Source: Eledone cirrhosa
Taxonomy: Eukaryota
Length of the DNA stretch: 64,000 bases
Direction of reading: 5' to 3'
Assembly (NCBI GenBank): GCA_964016885.1
Contig: OZ024743.1
Location: 230,268,001-230,332,000, forward strand
Part shown: positions 37,001 through 50,299 of the stretch, piece by piece
Layout of the letters: each line of letters starts with the position of its first letter
Numbering within the stretch: the first letter of the stretch is position 1
The notes under the pieces: model-generated
What the model was told of the DNA's origin: nothing
The model's database searches: none
The model's input: the letters and a program-made list of their open reading frames with translations, nothing else
Position numbers and translations under genes: made by a program

Positions 37001-38383
37001 CATAGTATTCGATTCGTTTACAATTTAGCAAACAGCCACTTTAAACCATGTCAGTAGAATGACGCCGTCATTCTTGCTCTTACGTTGGCATGTAAACAGA
37101 ACTGCAGATACTAACGTGTCTGTGTGGTTAACCTTCATCAGTACAGTATACTGCTTACCTGTAAAATGTCAGAGCTAGTGAAAACAGAGAGTGAGAGAAA
37201 AAAAAAGAGAAATTAATGCGGCCTGAATACAACGAATGGGAAACATTTAAGGTTGATGAAATCGTGCAAAAAAGAAAACAATTATCTCATGAGATGGTCT
37301 AAATTTTCTTTGACAATATAATTCAATTCGGTGTGTGTGTGTGTGTGTGTGGACCTGGCCTGAGAGCCTAATTTGTCAAAGATATAGGCATATTTCGATC
37401 TTATTTGATCCCATCAGCAAAGCATATACCCATAGCTTGATATCTGGATTGAATACGGTAAAATATAACGGAAATTATATTGAAATTATTTACTGATTAC
37501 GTGTGTTAAGAAAGATTTGGGGCGAAAATATCTATATGGTAGCCTCAGCCTGAAATCTGTACGTACAAAAACACTATCTGAATGTGGTTCATAGGAAAAC
37601 CTCAATCTTATACTATCGTCGCAGCATATTTCTTATTATGGGGAGTTTCATTTTGGTCTACAAATACGTGTGCAGATTTTTTTATTTTCTGTTGGTAATT
37701 AGTTATATACAAAGATGAAATGTTTAAAGACACATATGAGGAAAAACTTAAGAATATGAGTAATGTAGTTAAAACGAGTGGAAAAATTGCCAAACTGATT
37801 ATTGCCATAGATTATAATGAAATTAGAAGTCTCTGTTTTTGAGATGTGACTGACGAGGGAAACTAAATGTCTGATATTTCCCGGTGACAAATCATGTATT
37901 GATCCATTCAATCAACTGGAGGTGTTATGTTTCTTTTTCATAAAAAAAAAATTGTTGTGAGGTGTCTATCAATGTGGTGACATTTAAAGAAGAACTTTGA
38001 GGTGACATTTGAATGTGTGCGTAATTTTTAGGTGCCACGCTCTTCTCAGCATGGCAGAATATACAAATTTATGAACCGTTTCGTCATGGTCTGAAAATTT
38101 ATTGAAACTTCCACTTTAAATTGAAATCAGTAATATGTTTAAACATCCTTAACAGAGAAGAGAATCTTTTTTTTTTTGTGTGTATTCATCATTTCTATAT
38201 GTAAAGGAAGGAGTTCGCCTGAAGTGTTCTTGTATGAATTTCCAACGATAGGTTTTGGTTATTCCAAAGTCGTTAAATCCGTTGTATGTAACTCATCCAT
38301 AAAACTGTTTACCATGCACACAATAATGGTTTCTGATTTAGGCCAAAAATTTGGGGAGAGAGGAAAAATCGATTCTCTCTCTC

Positions 38384-38539
<156 letters not shown>

Positions 38540-38685
38540 GTGAGTGTAACTTACAGTTATTGTAGGTTCACTACAGCAGAGGTCCGACGAGCATCTGATT
38601 CCAGAGTCGGGCTAGATCGATACCGATTGAACATTGAGCTAATCAATAGCGAAACACATCACTTTATTATAATATATATATATAT

Positions 38686-38836
38686 GAACAGTATGAAACA
38701 GAGATATGTCAGCTTATCTCCCTTTGTTTGTTGAAAAAAGAAGTAAGTGACATAGGCACTACTTTAAAACAATAGCGCAAGGTCTTCAAAATGCTTTTAA
38801 TTAAGCATACATTCTATTGCAAAATACCCCATATAT

Positions 38837-38925
<89 letters not shown>

Positions 38926-39330
38926 GCGTATTTTGCAATAGACTTGCAAGAAGACCTTGCGCTATCGTTTTAAAGTAGTGACTATGTCACTTACTTCTTT
39001 TTTCAACAAACAAAGGGAGATAAGCTGACAGATCTCTGTGTCATACTGTTGGTATTCCTCAAAGCTGAGCACTCCCCTTGTTTGTTGAAAATGATGAATA
39101 TTGGATTCTTATAGAATTCCAGTAATAATCCCGAACTGATTATACTGATTAATTGAGTGTTAAGCTCTGAAGAATACCAACAGTACGAAACAGAGATATG
39201 TCAGCTTATCTCCCTTTGTTTGTTGAAAAAAGAAGTAAGTGACATAGTCAGAACTTTAAAACAATAGCGTAAGGTCTTCAAAATGTTTTTTTTAATCATG
39301 CATACAGTGTATTGCAAAATACACTATTTA
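38686..39330. mobile_element. Family G: three copies (direct 38686-38830, inverted 38925-39075, direct 39155-39325) of a hammerhead-bearing unit
   Basis: gaaacagagatatgtcagcttatctccctttgtttgttgaaaaaagaagtaagtgac occurs in both orientations. Confidence 0.85.
39161..39208 (+). ncRNA. Type I hammerhead ribozyme (family G)
   Basis: taagct-CTGAAGA-ataccaacagtac-GAAAC-agagatat-GTC|agctta; perfect 6-bp stem I and GUC site after 39202. Confidence 0.88.
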
Positions 39331-39371
39331 TACATTCATATATATATCGCTATTTCAGAGCACCAATTCTA

Positions 39372-39420
<49 letters not shown>

Positions 39421-39640
39421 AATAAATTATCGAGAATCGCACTTCGGCCCACAAAATAACGTAAAACAACCTCCGAGATGTGTGGCAAGTGCTCAATGAT
39501 TCAGATGAACCAGAGCTATAACAAACGTTAAAGGCCAAACACACTGAGACGATGGTTAAACAATCATCCGCACAGCCAAAAAAACGATCAAGTAATTCGG
39601 GTCAAACAAATAAAAATATATGTGATTGAAAAAAAAAATA

Positions 39641-39694
<54 letters not shown>

Positions 39695-40149
39695 AATATA
39701 TATGTCCATTATTCTGTCCTATCCAAATTTGTCCTTTGGTGTGTAGTGTAATTTGTTGCATTTGTTGCATGTTGTAAATGCATGATCAGCTTACGAGTGA
39801 GTGTTGTAATCGTAAGATCAATACAGCAGTTACCATTTCGAAAAGATTTCTCGCTCATTATTAGCTTGCCCTCAGGCTTGTAGTTTGTGGTTGATAAAAA
39901 GGATTACAAACTACAGCTTTTTTAGAAGGATTAGCACATTAGAGCTTTTTTAGAAGGTTACCAATGTTAGTTTATGGCTTGGTGTGGTGCAATATGTGGT
40001 GTATTTTATCAGATGTTAGATTTTTATTTTTTTCTGTTCCACAGTTTGCACACATTTGATAAACTAATAAAAATCAGAGAGGGGGAGAAAGAGAGTTTAG
40101 AAGAAACTCTGTTAGAAGAAATCGGCCACATAGATTGCACCTCAAACCT

Positions 40150-40470
40150 TGCTGAAATTTTGCAGTCACTGCACTTGAGTCCCACTTACCAAGTGAATGC
40201 TTCGAAACAGCATGATCCATTCGCTTTTTCTCAAAGACATCACATCCATATGTGATGATCTTCCTCCATGATGTACGACCTTGAGCCAGTCTCTCTTAGT
40301 TCTCTATATCAATCTTCAGAGCCTTAAGATTGTCTTTTAAGATATCCTTAAACAGCTTCGTTGGTTTATGCTGTGGCCTCTTGCCTCTGGTCAGCTCGCC
40401 ATAAAACATCTGTTTAGGTAGCCTTCCTTCTTCCATCCTGACTACAAGACCAGCCCAACGCATCTGGTTC
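40150..40470 (-). pseudogene. RTE LINE C-terminal fragment
   Basis: NQMRWAGLVVRMEEGRLPKQMFYGELTRGKRPQHKP..FKDILKDNLK..*ERLAQGRTSWR. Confidence 0.85.
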
Positions 40471-41462
40471 ATAATAATAATTACATACATACACCCATAT
40501 ATGAATACACGCACAGACACGCATATCCACATCCATGCAGACAGACTATACATATATACAAATAGACAGACATAGATGTTCAGACATACGTATTATTATA
40601 ATTAAATCTAAACAATTTTAATCAAATTCCCATAATCTGTTTAGTTGAGATATTTCCCTTAACTAGTTTTATTTTTTAATCATGCAAATTATACGGGATA
40701 AACATTATTCGTTACTCGGTCAAATATGTTGAGATTTTCCGTCTACTAATTATGCCAGTTTATTTTGAGGAATATGTGTTTTCATATCCCATTTGTATTT
40801 GCTAAAAAGAGGCATGTTTCAATTACTCATTTTATAAACGTATTTCTAATGGCATACCTTTCAAATGTGTTGCTATTAATTTTGAAAAAAATAAAAATGA
40901 ATTAATATAATAACCTAAGTTTTCATTAGTTAGTTGATGTTTGGAATATTACTTAGAAAAATCACATATTTAATATCATAGAAGGTTTAAATATGAATAT
41001 GAACATCTTAAAATACCATAAAACGAGGGCGGCTCAGGTGAGGTTGATTTTGGCTTCTATGGGTTGTATTGGTTGGGTTATTATATAAATGTTCAATTAA
41101 ACATGTGTTGCATACGGCATTAAATGCACCCCACCTAAAGTCAAACAAATAGTTAGTAAGATGAAGTGATAGACATACAGAAAGAACGACGGACAAGATA
41201 GACATATTTCATGTTGTTTTGTATTTTATTGTTCTCTTGCAAAGAAATGTTAAATGAAGCAATTAAAATGTCTTTAATATATCTGCCTGTCTGTAGGTTA
41301 AAACAACTTTCAAACAACAGGCAGCTGTCTGTCAGGCTAACATATAAAAGTCTCTAGAAAGATGTGTTGTTTTAGACTTTGCATAAATAGCTATTACAAT
41401 GGTCAGAGTACGTGAAAAGGGAGAAAGATGTGGAGACGGGAAGAGTATATATATAAATATAT

Positions 41463-41576
<114 letters not shown>

Positions 41577-41651
41577 ACACTCACACACACACAGACAAAT
41601 GCATGCACTGCTACAGGCATACACAAACATATATGTATATGTATATATATA

Positions 41652-41698
<47 letters not shown>

Positions 41699-41727
41699 TA
41701 TATATATATACATATATATACGTATAT

Positions 41728-41935
41728 ATAGGAAAAGAGTCAGGACCCCGACAGCTGAGCTCCGGCCGTTTCGATAGCTACATATGAACTAAGCCAGCAG
41801 CTGGGTTATTTCGGATCTAGCTGTCGAAACGGCCGGAACTCAACCGTCGAGGTCCTGACACTTTTCCTATTACCCTAGTATCAAGTACTCTGGTGTGCTA
41901 TGGTCCACCTCGTATCTTACCACACCTTCTTTATT
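41728..41935. mobile_element. Family F fold-back mini-element
   Basis: Short inverted arm 41728-41785; long arm contains ctgtc-GAAAC-ggccggaactcaacc-GTC. Confidence 0.8.
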
Positions 41936-42060
41936 TATATATATTGAGGTCATAGACATTCAATGGCTATCATCGAAATATATATAGCAGTAAATAAAGG
42001 ATTATGAGTTCATGCAATTGACTTATGATTCGTCACTATATATATATATATATATATATA

Positions 42061-42455
42061 TAACGGCGATGAATTAGTTTTGAGAGGTTTTTGATATGAA
42101 ATCGTGTGTCGAAACAAATATTGTTATACTTGGGGAGGGTCATATTTGTGTAATATTGCCAGAATTAATAACAGAACACACTCACTGTTTGGTTGGTTTT
42201 CGCTTTTCGCTTCTGTGTCTTTTATATCAGTAATCTAATTTATTCGGTCCTCAATGTTGCCATTGACTGACCAACGGTCAAAAATGATACAGATACAATA
42301 TAGACACAAACACAAACACATTGAGGACCGAATAAATTAGATTACCGATATAAAAGACACATAAGCGAAAAGCGAAAACCAACCAAACAGTGAGTGTGTT
42401 CTGTTATTAATTCTGGCAATATTACACAAATATAACCCTCCCCAAGTATAACAAT
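42061..42455. repeat. Family H fold-back element (~140-bp arms 42118-42256 / 42319-42455)
   Basis: Reverse-complement arms visible; flanked by (TA)n. Confidence 0.85.
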
Positions 42456-42582
42456 ATATATATGTATATATATATATTAGAAATGTAAGCTATCGCCGTA
42501 TATTGACTAAAGAAATTAAATAAATTATTTAGCCTAATAGTGGGGTTAGGAACCCTCGGAGAAATGGAAAAAGATGAGTATT

Positions 42583-42646
42583 GACGTACATAGGAGTCGA
42601 ACCCACATCTTTGGTTATCCGGACCACTGTGCTATCATTTACACCA

Positions 42647-42650
<4 letters not shown>
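42583..42650 (-). other. tRNA-like head (tRNA pseudogene or third SINE family)
   Basis: Minus strand tggtgtaaatgatagcac..gatgtgggttcgactcct has A-box and B-box motifs; acceptor stem incomplete. Confidence 0.5.
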
Positions 42651-42735
<85 letters not shown>

Positions 42736-44000
42736 AACAGAGTTAGAAAAACAGTGAGACAGACAAAAAGTGAAAGCGTGTGTGGGTGCAAAAGATATAT
42801 TTATGTGTGAGTGTTTTGTTTAAGTGCGTGTGCTATTGCGTCTGTGTATATGTGTGATAGAGAGAGAGAGTGAGACAGATTTACGTGTGATCAAACATAA
42901 AATAATACAGAATATAGACTGTCAGAGTTGTAAGTGTGTGGTAGTGTGTGATTGAGGTTTATATAAGTAATTACAAATGTCCTCACAACACCGCCAGCTC
43001 GACTCCAAAACAAGAAAATTGTCGAAGTGTTTGCTTTTTATAATTCATTCTTAACTTGGAGTAGTATCGCTTTTTATAGAAGTTTACTTATTTTGAGTGA
43101 GCTAAAGCACATACATGCACACACCGATATATACATACATATATACATGCAGATGCATACATACGAACACACATGAATACTTTTTTCTCCGTAAACCCAG
43201 GAATATATGTTCTTCCATCGCAATCACGTTTGACTTGGATATATATAAAAACGAATGAACTACTTTAACATCCATGTTATATCGTCAGTTGTATTATAAG
43301 AATGCATACATTGCTGGATAATAGGATCTGTTTGATAAAATTGTCCAAGAATCACGTTTATGAATGCTTAGATAGTGAAAATAGCTGAAAAAGCTTTGTA
43401 TCTAATATATATATATACTTAATACATTAACAGAGAAAGCTAATAGCGATAATCTGACCAACTCCCATCTCACTCAACAAACATTAGGAAATACCTAAGC
43501 ATATTCCAAATTATACGTTTGGGGTGCTAACTATAGTGTATTACGTGGAAAGTCGGCTGTATTATTTTATATGGGACATAATTAAATAAATCTCACTTTC
43601 CATACGATCGTTTCTTTATAAGATTTCTACAAAGTGGGAGAAATAAGTCCAAGTTATGTAGAAGCCTGCATATAATCAACAGATTTATTTGCAGGTGGGC
43701 CCTTATAATTCTTCAGTGGAATGCCCAGGCAATATCAATATAAAAATTACATCGATATTAATATTCAGCGATATTCACCGTCATATATATATATATAGGT
43801 AACCTGTTTAGCTTGCTTCGTTTTTTTTGGCTCCGGTGCTGATGGATTCAGGACCACTGTTTTCATTTTTCTGGCCTTTATAATGTATGTTGATTGCTCT
43901 GGTCTTCTTTTAGTCCAAGTTTTGCTTTGGTTTTGCTTTTGTTTTGTGATTGGTTTTGCTTTTGGCCGCTGCCGAAATACGATCTCACTGAAATTATATT

Positions 44001-44077
<77 letters not shown>

Positions 44078-44100
44078 ATATATATATATATATATATATA

Positions 44101-44630
44101 ATGAGAAGAATGAATACTGCGTGGTTGCACATGGGTTACATATGATAAAAATAGTCCTTCATCAGTGATTTTCCAACCTTCATTGGTATTACATCGCTTT
44201 AAAAATCATATACCTCCAGTTGGTGCGAGCAATAGCTAAATAAAGCTATTGGGACAAGTAAATCGCGTAAAGCGAGCGAGACAAGTAAACAAACCGTGCG
44301 ACGCGAGTGAGGTGTTAGCAAGAAAGGAGCCCACTTCAGGCCAAACGGGAGGAAGTGAGAAGGGGAGAAGCAGAGAGTGAGTGAGTGGAAGTGCGGGGAA
44401 GAGGCCAGTCGAGAGAAAGTGTAACTAACAGAGGGGGCGAAAGAAGGTGAGAGAAACGGAGAGAGGGGGGAAGCAGTAAGAGAGAAACAGACAAACGCAG
44501 CTGGGGAAAATATATATAACAAACATGAGAAGAATGAATACTGCGTGGTAGCACATGGGTTACATATGATAAAAATAATCCTTCATCAGTGATTTTCCAA
44601 CCTTCATTGGTATTTCATCGCTTTAAAAAT
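44101..44630 (-). repeat. Family A variant, ~425-bp period partial tandem
   Basis: atgagaagaatgaatactgcgtgg at 44101 and ~44526; flanked by (TA)n. Confidence 0.85.
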
Positions 44631-45134
44631 ACATATATATATATATATATATATATAAGCTTTTGGCTTATTCTTGTGTAAAAGCTACCGATAACATATC
44701 ACAATACAGAAACACTTGTCCGGCATTTTCACCGGCTTCTAAGTTAATCGTAACACGATCTTAGCATAAAACCTTAATAGCGAGACATCTGTATGTTTAT
44801 TGTACATAAATGTATCGATTATGCCTTTACGTACACGCCTATTATGAGCCATGACATATTTCTCCTATTACTAATTAATCCAAAACAATTAAGTCCGGAC
44901 TATATGCAAATGAGAATTTGCAACCCAAGTTACCTGCGAAAAAATGCATATAAGCATTTAAGGAGTTAGAAATATCAACAATCTCAGACAAAAATACAGA
45001 AATACGCTTCTGACATTGTTACTGACAGCTGGTATATATCTGTTATAATCATCGCTTATAATATTCATAGTTATACCCATGTATTATTATTGCACATAAA
45101 TATATCGCATATATCTTCGTATTCACTCCCATTA

Positions 45135-45243
45135 TTCCTGCCGAGGTCAAATTTGCCTTTCATCCTTACGGGGTCGATAAAATAAAGTATCAGTAATGAA
45201 CTGTGTAATTTGCCGGCCTTGTGCCAAAAGTAGAAACAGTAAT
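45135..45243 (+). mobile_element. SINE S1, 5'-truncated
   Basis: ccgaggtcaaatttgcctttcatccttacggggtcgataaaataaagt..gtagaaacag. Confidence 0.8.
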
Positions 45244-45427
45244 ACACTGGGATAATTGCTTGCCTTGAGTCAAAAGTAGAATCAATTATTATCCCGCTAT
45301 GCGCTATGATAATACTACTACTAAAAAGATACATATATCCTCACACGTATATATATATATATATATATATTTCGTTTCTGAATTTATTTAGCAAGATTCT
45401 TTATCTGAAAACGTGTGTTGACACCGC

Positions 45428-45575
45428 TATTGTTATACTTTGGGAGGGTCATGTTGCCAATAAGAAACACACGCACCAGTTGCTTTCACTTCAATTTATT
45501 ATAATAAATTTATAAATTTATTATAATAAACTGGTGCGTGTGTTTCTTATTGGCAACATGACCCTCCCAAAGTAT

Positions 45576-45582
<7 letters not shown>
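45428..45582. repeat. Family H-related palindrome (~52-bp arms)
   Basis: tattgttatactttgggagggtcatgttgccaataagaaacacacgcaccagt is exactly inverted at 45530-45582. Confidence 0.85.
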
Positions 45583-45633
<51 letters not shown>

Positions 45634-45640
45634 CCCCGCC

Positions 45641-45690
<50 letters not shown>

Positions 45691-46462
45691 AATTAAAGAA
45701 AGTTGGTCGATTGAAAATTTGCCGACATTTTCTTAAAAGATTACAAAACAACATAGCTAGGCTTTTTTTTAACGCATCATGTAAATGTTTTCCTCAATCA
45801 CATACATACAGTCAAATGTTTAATCGATAAACAACTAAACTTTCTCACTCGACCACCAAAAGCATAACCCAGAATATAGCGACGATTAAGAATAGGAATC
45901 TGGGAATATCTAGGAAGAGATAACTCATAATTGCAACTCGAATAACAGGGATGACATCATTAACACAAATGAGACAAACCAACGCACACACTGATAGAGG
46001 GAGGGAACAATGAATGGTAACGTAAATAATTGCAATTGCAATTATTTACAGTTGCTCAAGGGAAAATAACTGTTTAGATAAAAATATATTTTATGAATGT
46101 GAAGTAAAAAGGAATAGAAACATTTATTGATAGTGCAACTACTACTAGATTTAAGAAAAGGTGGTACAACCATCGCCCTTATTTAAAAGGGTTGATAAAG
46201 GATCTAGCACACCCTGCCGGAACTGAGTTGGTAGCTGAAATTTAAACAAATGAAATACTCCCTTTCTTGATCAAAATTCTCACATGCTTTTCGATATATA
46301 TATATAGATTTATATCTAGTGGGTGTGACCTCTGTACTACAGAGAATTTACACATCATAAATAGTAGGCTTAAAATTATTAAAAAACGTCCTGAAATTTT
46401 TAATTCTTGTTTACGCAAAATTAGTAAGACATTCCGTAGAGTATATTGTTAAAAGTTCAGTA

Positions 46463-46650
46463 AATAATTGTTTCTACTTTTGGCAGAAGGCCAGCAATTA
46501 CCAGTGCATTACTGGAACTTTATTTTATCGACCGCGTAAGGATGAAAGGCAAAGTTAACGTCGGCGGGATTTGAAGTGAGATCATAAAGAGAGGTAACTC
46601 TATGCTTCAAAGCATGGCGTCCGTCCCTCTACCGATACTGCCAATCCACC
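46463..46650 (-). mobile_element. SINE S1
   Basis: Full motif series. Confidence 0.88.
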
Positions 46651-46815
46651 AATAATGTTAAATAGACCACCAAATAATTAATTAACCATTCATAAATATA
46701 TAGATACATTATAACATCAGCATCGAATTACAAATACCTAAAATTAAAATTAGTATCTAACTGAATAAAATCTAGTACAGAAATAAAAATATATAGGAAT
46801 ACATAAAAAACACAG

Positions 46816-46909
<94 letters not shown>

Positions 46910-46914
<5 letters not shown>

Positions 46915-47252
46915 GAGGTATCCACAGTAAGTTGTGGGGTATATTCTTCATGAAGAACTCGATGCAATCTATATGTTGAAAATGTTGTAGGTTAAGATAA
47001 ATACCGGAAAACAATAAAACATTAAAAGGAAAACAGAGTCATGATATAAGTTAAAACAATGAAATAAAAAAATCAAGTCATTAGAGATATACTTCACTGC
47101 TTTACGATCTTTTCTAGGTCATGATAATGCAGTGTAACTATACTCCGTTATACATAGATCAATAACGGAGTATAGCTACAATGTATTATCATCACCTAGA
47201 AACGATCGTAAAGCAGCGATATATATCGCTAATGACTTGAATTTTTATTTCT
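46910..47252. mobile_element. Fold-back mini-element with hammerhead 3' half
   Basis: Palindrome ~47066-47250 centred at ~47155; right arm has GAAAC-gatc-GTA|aagcag. The distal end gaggtatccacagtaag resembles gaggtaaccacagtaag at 7422. Confidence 0.7.
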
Positions 47253-49538
47253 ATATATGTGTGTGTATGTGTGTGTGTGTGAGAGAGTGTGTGTGTGTGT
47301 GTGTACACTCGCAGATTATAGATATTACTGAGGTCTACGGTAGAAAGAGTTATTTCTAAAAAAAACATCTGTTTACAATACTGTTTCAGAACAGTGATTC
47401 CTGACACGTGTGCAGTTCTTCACATAAAAAAGCTAAGAAGAATACAAAATGGTGCGTTAACAAAGTTAAGCGGGAAATCTTATTCGGCGTTACAGATTTA
47501 GTCAAAGGTTTTAAAGTAGAGGGAATGCTTTTGATTCATATCTAAACACACAAAGACATTCATATATGCACACTTACACACTCATAGACATGCACACAGA
47601 CACACACGCAAACTCACATGCATAAACGCATATATAAATGTGTGAAAGAGTGTGTATAGAGCTACGGCTGACGGTGTAGGTGATTTTGTGTCTGTGTGAA
47701 TGTAATGTGCTTTATGTATGTGAGAGAGACTGCGAGTTCCTGAGTAGGTATCTGTATGTATGTATCTGTAACAAAGTGTGTATGTGTACGCGTGTTTTTG
47801 CTTGGTTGTGTGTGCTTATTTATTTGGATGCCTATACATGCATTCTCATATTATTGCGAGTGTATATTTTCTGCCTACATACATACATTAATACATACAT
47901 ACATTGATACATACATACATTAATACATACATACTTTGATAGATACAAACACACATACATACATAAACACACATATTCATACACACATACATGTATACAT
48001 ACAAACAGACAACATCCATCAATCCATACATACATACGCACATACATACATGATGGCTGAAAACTCTGCAAAGAATATTGCAATCGCTTGTCGGATTATA
48101 GTGTTTGGTGCACTTTTAGGCTACGGCCAGCCCCACAAACCTGTAACATATCCTGAACAAGTAATGCCTGTACTTTGAAGGTTTTTTTAAGTGGGGAAAG
48201 GCCTTGCGCTCTACCAATCCCACTCTCTGAGCATCGAAAACACTACCCGAAAAGGAGATCTAGTCAACATCAGCGGGTACTTTCGAAGCCGCAAGTTCTT
48301 TTTAAAGTTTATCTCTCCTAGAAAGGTGTTGTGACAACAACTGGAGGCCTTTCACTCCCAGGTGAAAAAAATATACATACATACATGATGGCTGCTACGT
48401 GATTTCGAGAATTGCCTTCAGTTGATTCGCTGAATATAAAAAAAAGCATTTTCCGACTCCGGTCAGCCTTGTTGTCGCAACACATGTGAAATATGTTTAA
48501 ATCAAATGATGCCTGCGCTTAAAGCTATTATAAGGGAGAAAAGGCCTTGCACTTGTCCAATCCTATTCTCTGAACAACGGTGGCAAGTATGCGAAAAGAA
48601 AAATAGCTCAGCATCATTGGTTGCCATCTATTTACAGGCTTCACATCAGAGTTTTCTTTTTACCTAGAATGATGTCATAACAAAGATTAGAAGTCTCTAA
48701 CTCCCGGTGAGTTAAGCGCGTCATCTGGCACCAAATACCTAATTGCAACTAGATTTGGATCTGATCGCAGTGATGACGATGATGTATTGCTGTTTAGCTC
48801 GTTAACTTTGCCATCAACATATAATTATTCAGCCATATATATTCAATAAAGGATGTCTTGTCATTTATCTGAAGTATTATCATATGTGTTGTAGCGTCCA
48901 CACCGAGAGCAATTACTTGTGCCAATTCAGCACCACAGATTCAGACTGACCAGAGACGGTATGTCGTACAATGAGTCAAGGGGAGTGGCAAGCTGGTTGG
49001 ATCTAAACGCCACGCTCGAATGCAGAGAAACTGAGAGTAAGTGAGAGAGAATGTGTATGTGAGAGAGCGAGTGGGTGTGAGAGAAATTCAGTGTGTGAGA
49101 GCATGTGTGTGTATGAGTGTGTGTGAGAGAAATTGAGTATGTGAGAGCATGTGTGTGTGTGTATCTGTGTGTATGAGAGAGAGAGGGGGAGGGGTGATTT
49201 CTTCCGCAGTTCTCACCACTCTTGACATTGTTCACATCTGTATACATATCTATAGAATGGCATACGCTTCAATCATCACATTCTCATTAGTATTGCTAGT
49301 ATTTGTGCCCTTCTACATGAACCATGTTGTTATTGTTGTTCTAAATCTTGTTGTTGATCTTATGGTTGTGGTTATTGCTTTTTTTGTTGTTCTTGTTGTT
49401 GTTGCTGCTGTTGTTGTTCTTTTTTCTTCCCTAAGGTTTCCAAGTTCACGTCGTACACGTGTTCACGCATCTGGTGAGAGTTAGTTACACATTATACACA
49501 GACACATACGCGCGCGCGCACACACAAATATACACACA

Positions 49539-49624
<86 letters not shown>

Positions 49625-49962
49625 CATGTCTACCCTAACAGGCATCCAAATACATCACGTATATATATATATATATATGCAAAGCCCCACATATATGTTC
49701 GAATTAACCTACGCGCATACGTACACGGAAACATATATATGTAAATCTTAAACATTTACATACACAGTTTCTCTTACATATAAAAAAAAAAACATAGATT
49801 TCTACACACACACACTCACACACAAACAAGACCCTACACACTAACGCACACACACCCTCACGGGGTTACTATTTCATGCATCAACAGTAATAGCAGGAAA
49901 AATATGAAAGGAATGTTTTTCTTCAAAACTATTATATCTCCTGCCCCTCACCACAACAAATG

Positions 49963-50065
49963 TCTTCTTCTTCTTCTTCTTCTTCTTCTTCTTCTTCTTC
50001 TTCTTCTTCTTCTTCTGCTGCTGCTGCTGTTGCTGCTGCTGCTACTACTACTACTACTACTACTG

Positions 50066-50106
<41 letters not shown>

Positions 50107-50113
50107 ACTGCTG

Positions 50114-50154
<41 letters not shown>

Positions 50155-50173
50155 ACTGCTGCTACTACTACTA

Positions 50174-50208
<35 letters not shown>

Positions 50209-50224
50209 ACTGCTGCTACTGCTG

Positions 50225-50298
<74 letters not shown>
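49963..50298. repeat. Compound trinucleotide microsatellite (CTT)n(CTG/CTA)n
   Basis: Directly visible. Confidence 0.98.

Positions 50299-50299
<1 letters not shown>

Noticed and set aside
37095-37150. Minus-strand CTGATGAagg possible hammerhead
   Set aside because: No GAAA (reads GACAC) and the stems do not register.
37560-38310. Possible decayed DNA transposase
   Set aside because: No convincing motif could be read in any frame.
49149-49484. Hydrophobic membrane-protein-like ORF
   Set aside because: Hydrophobicity comes from a degenerate (GTT)n tract.
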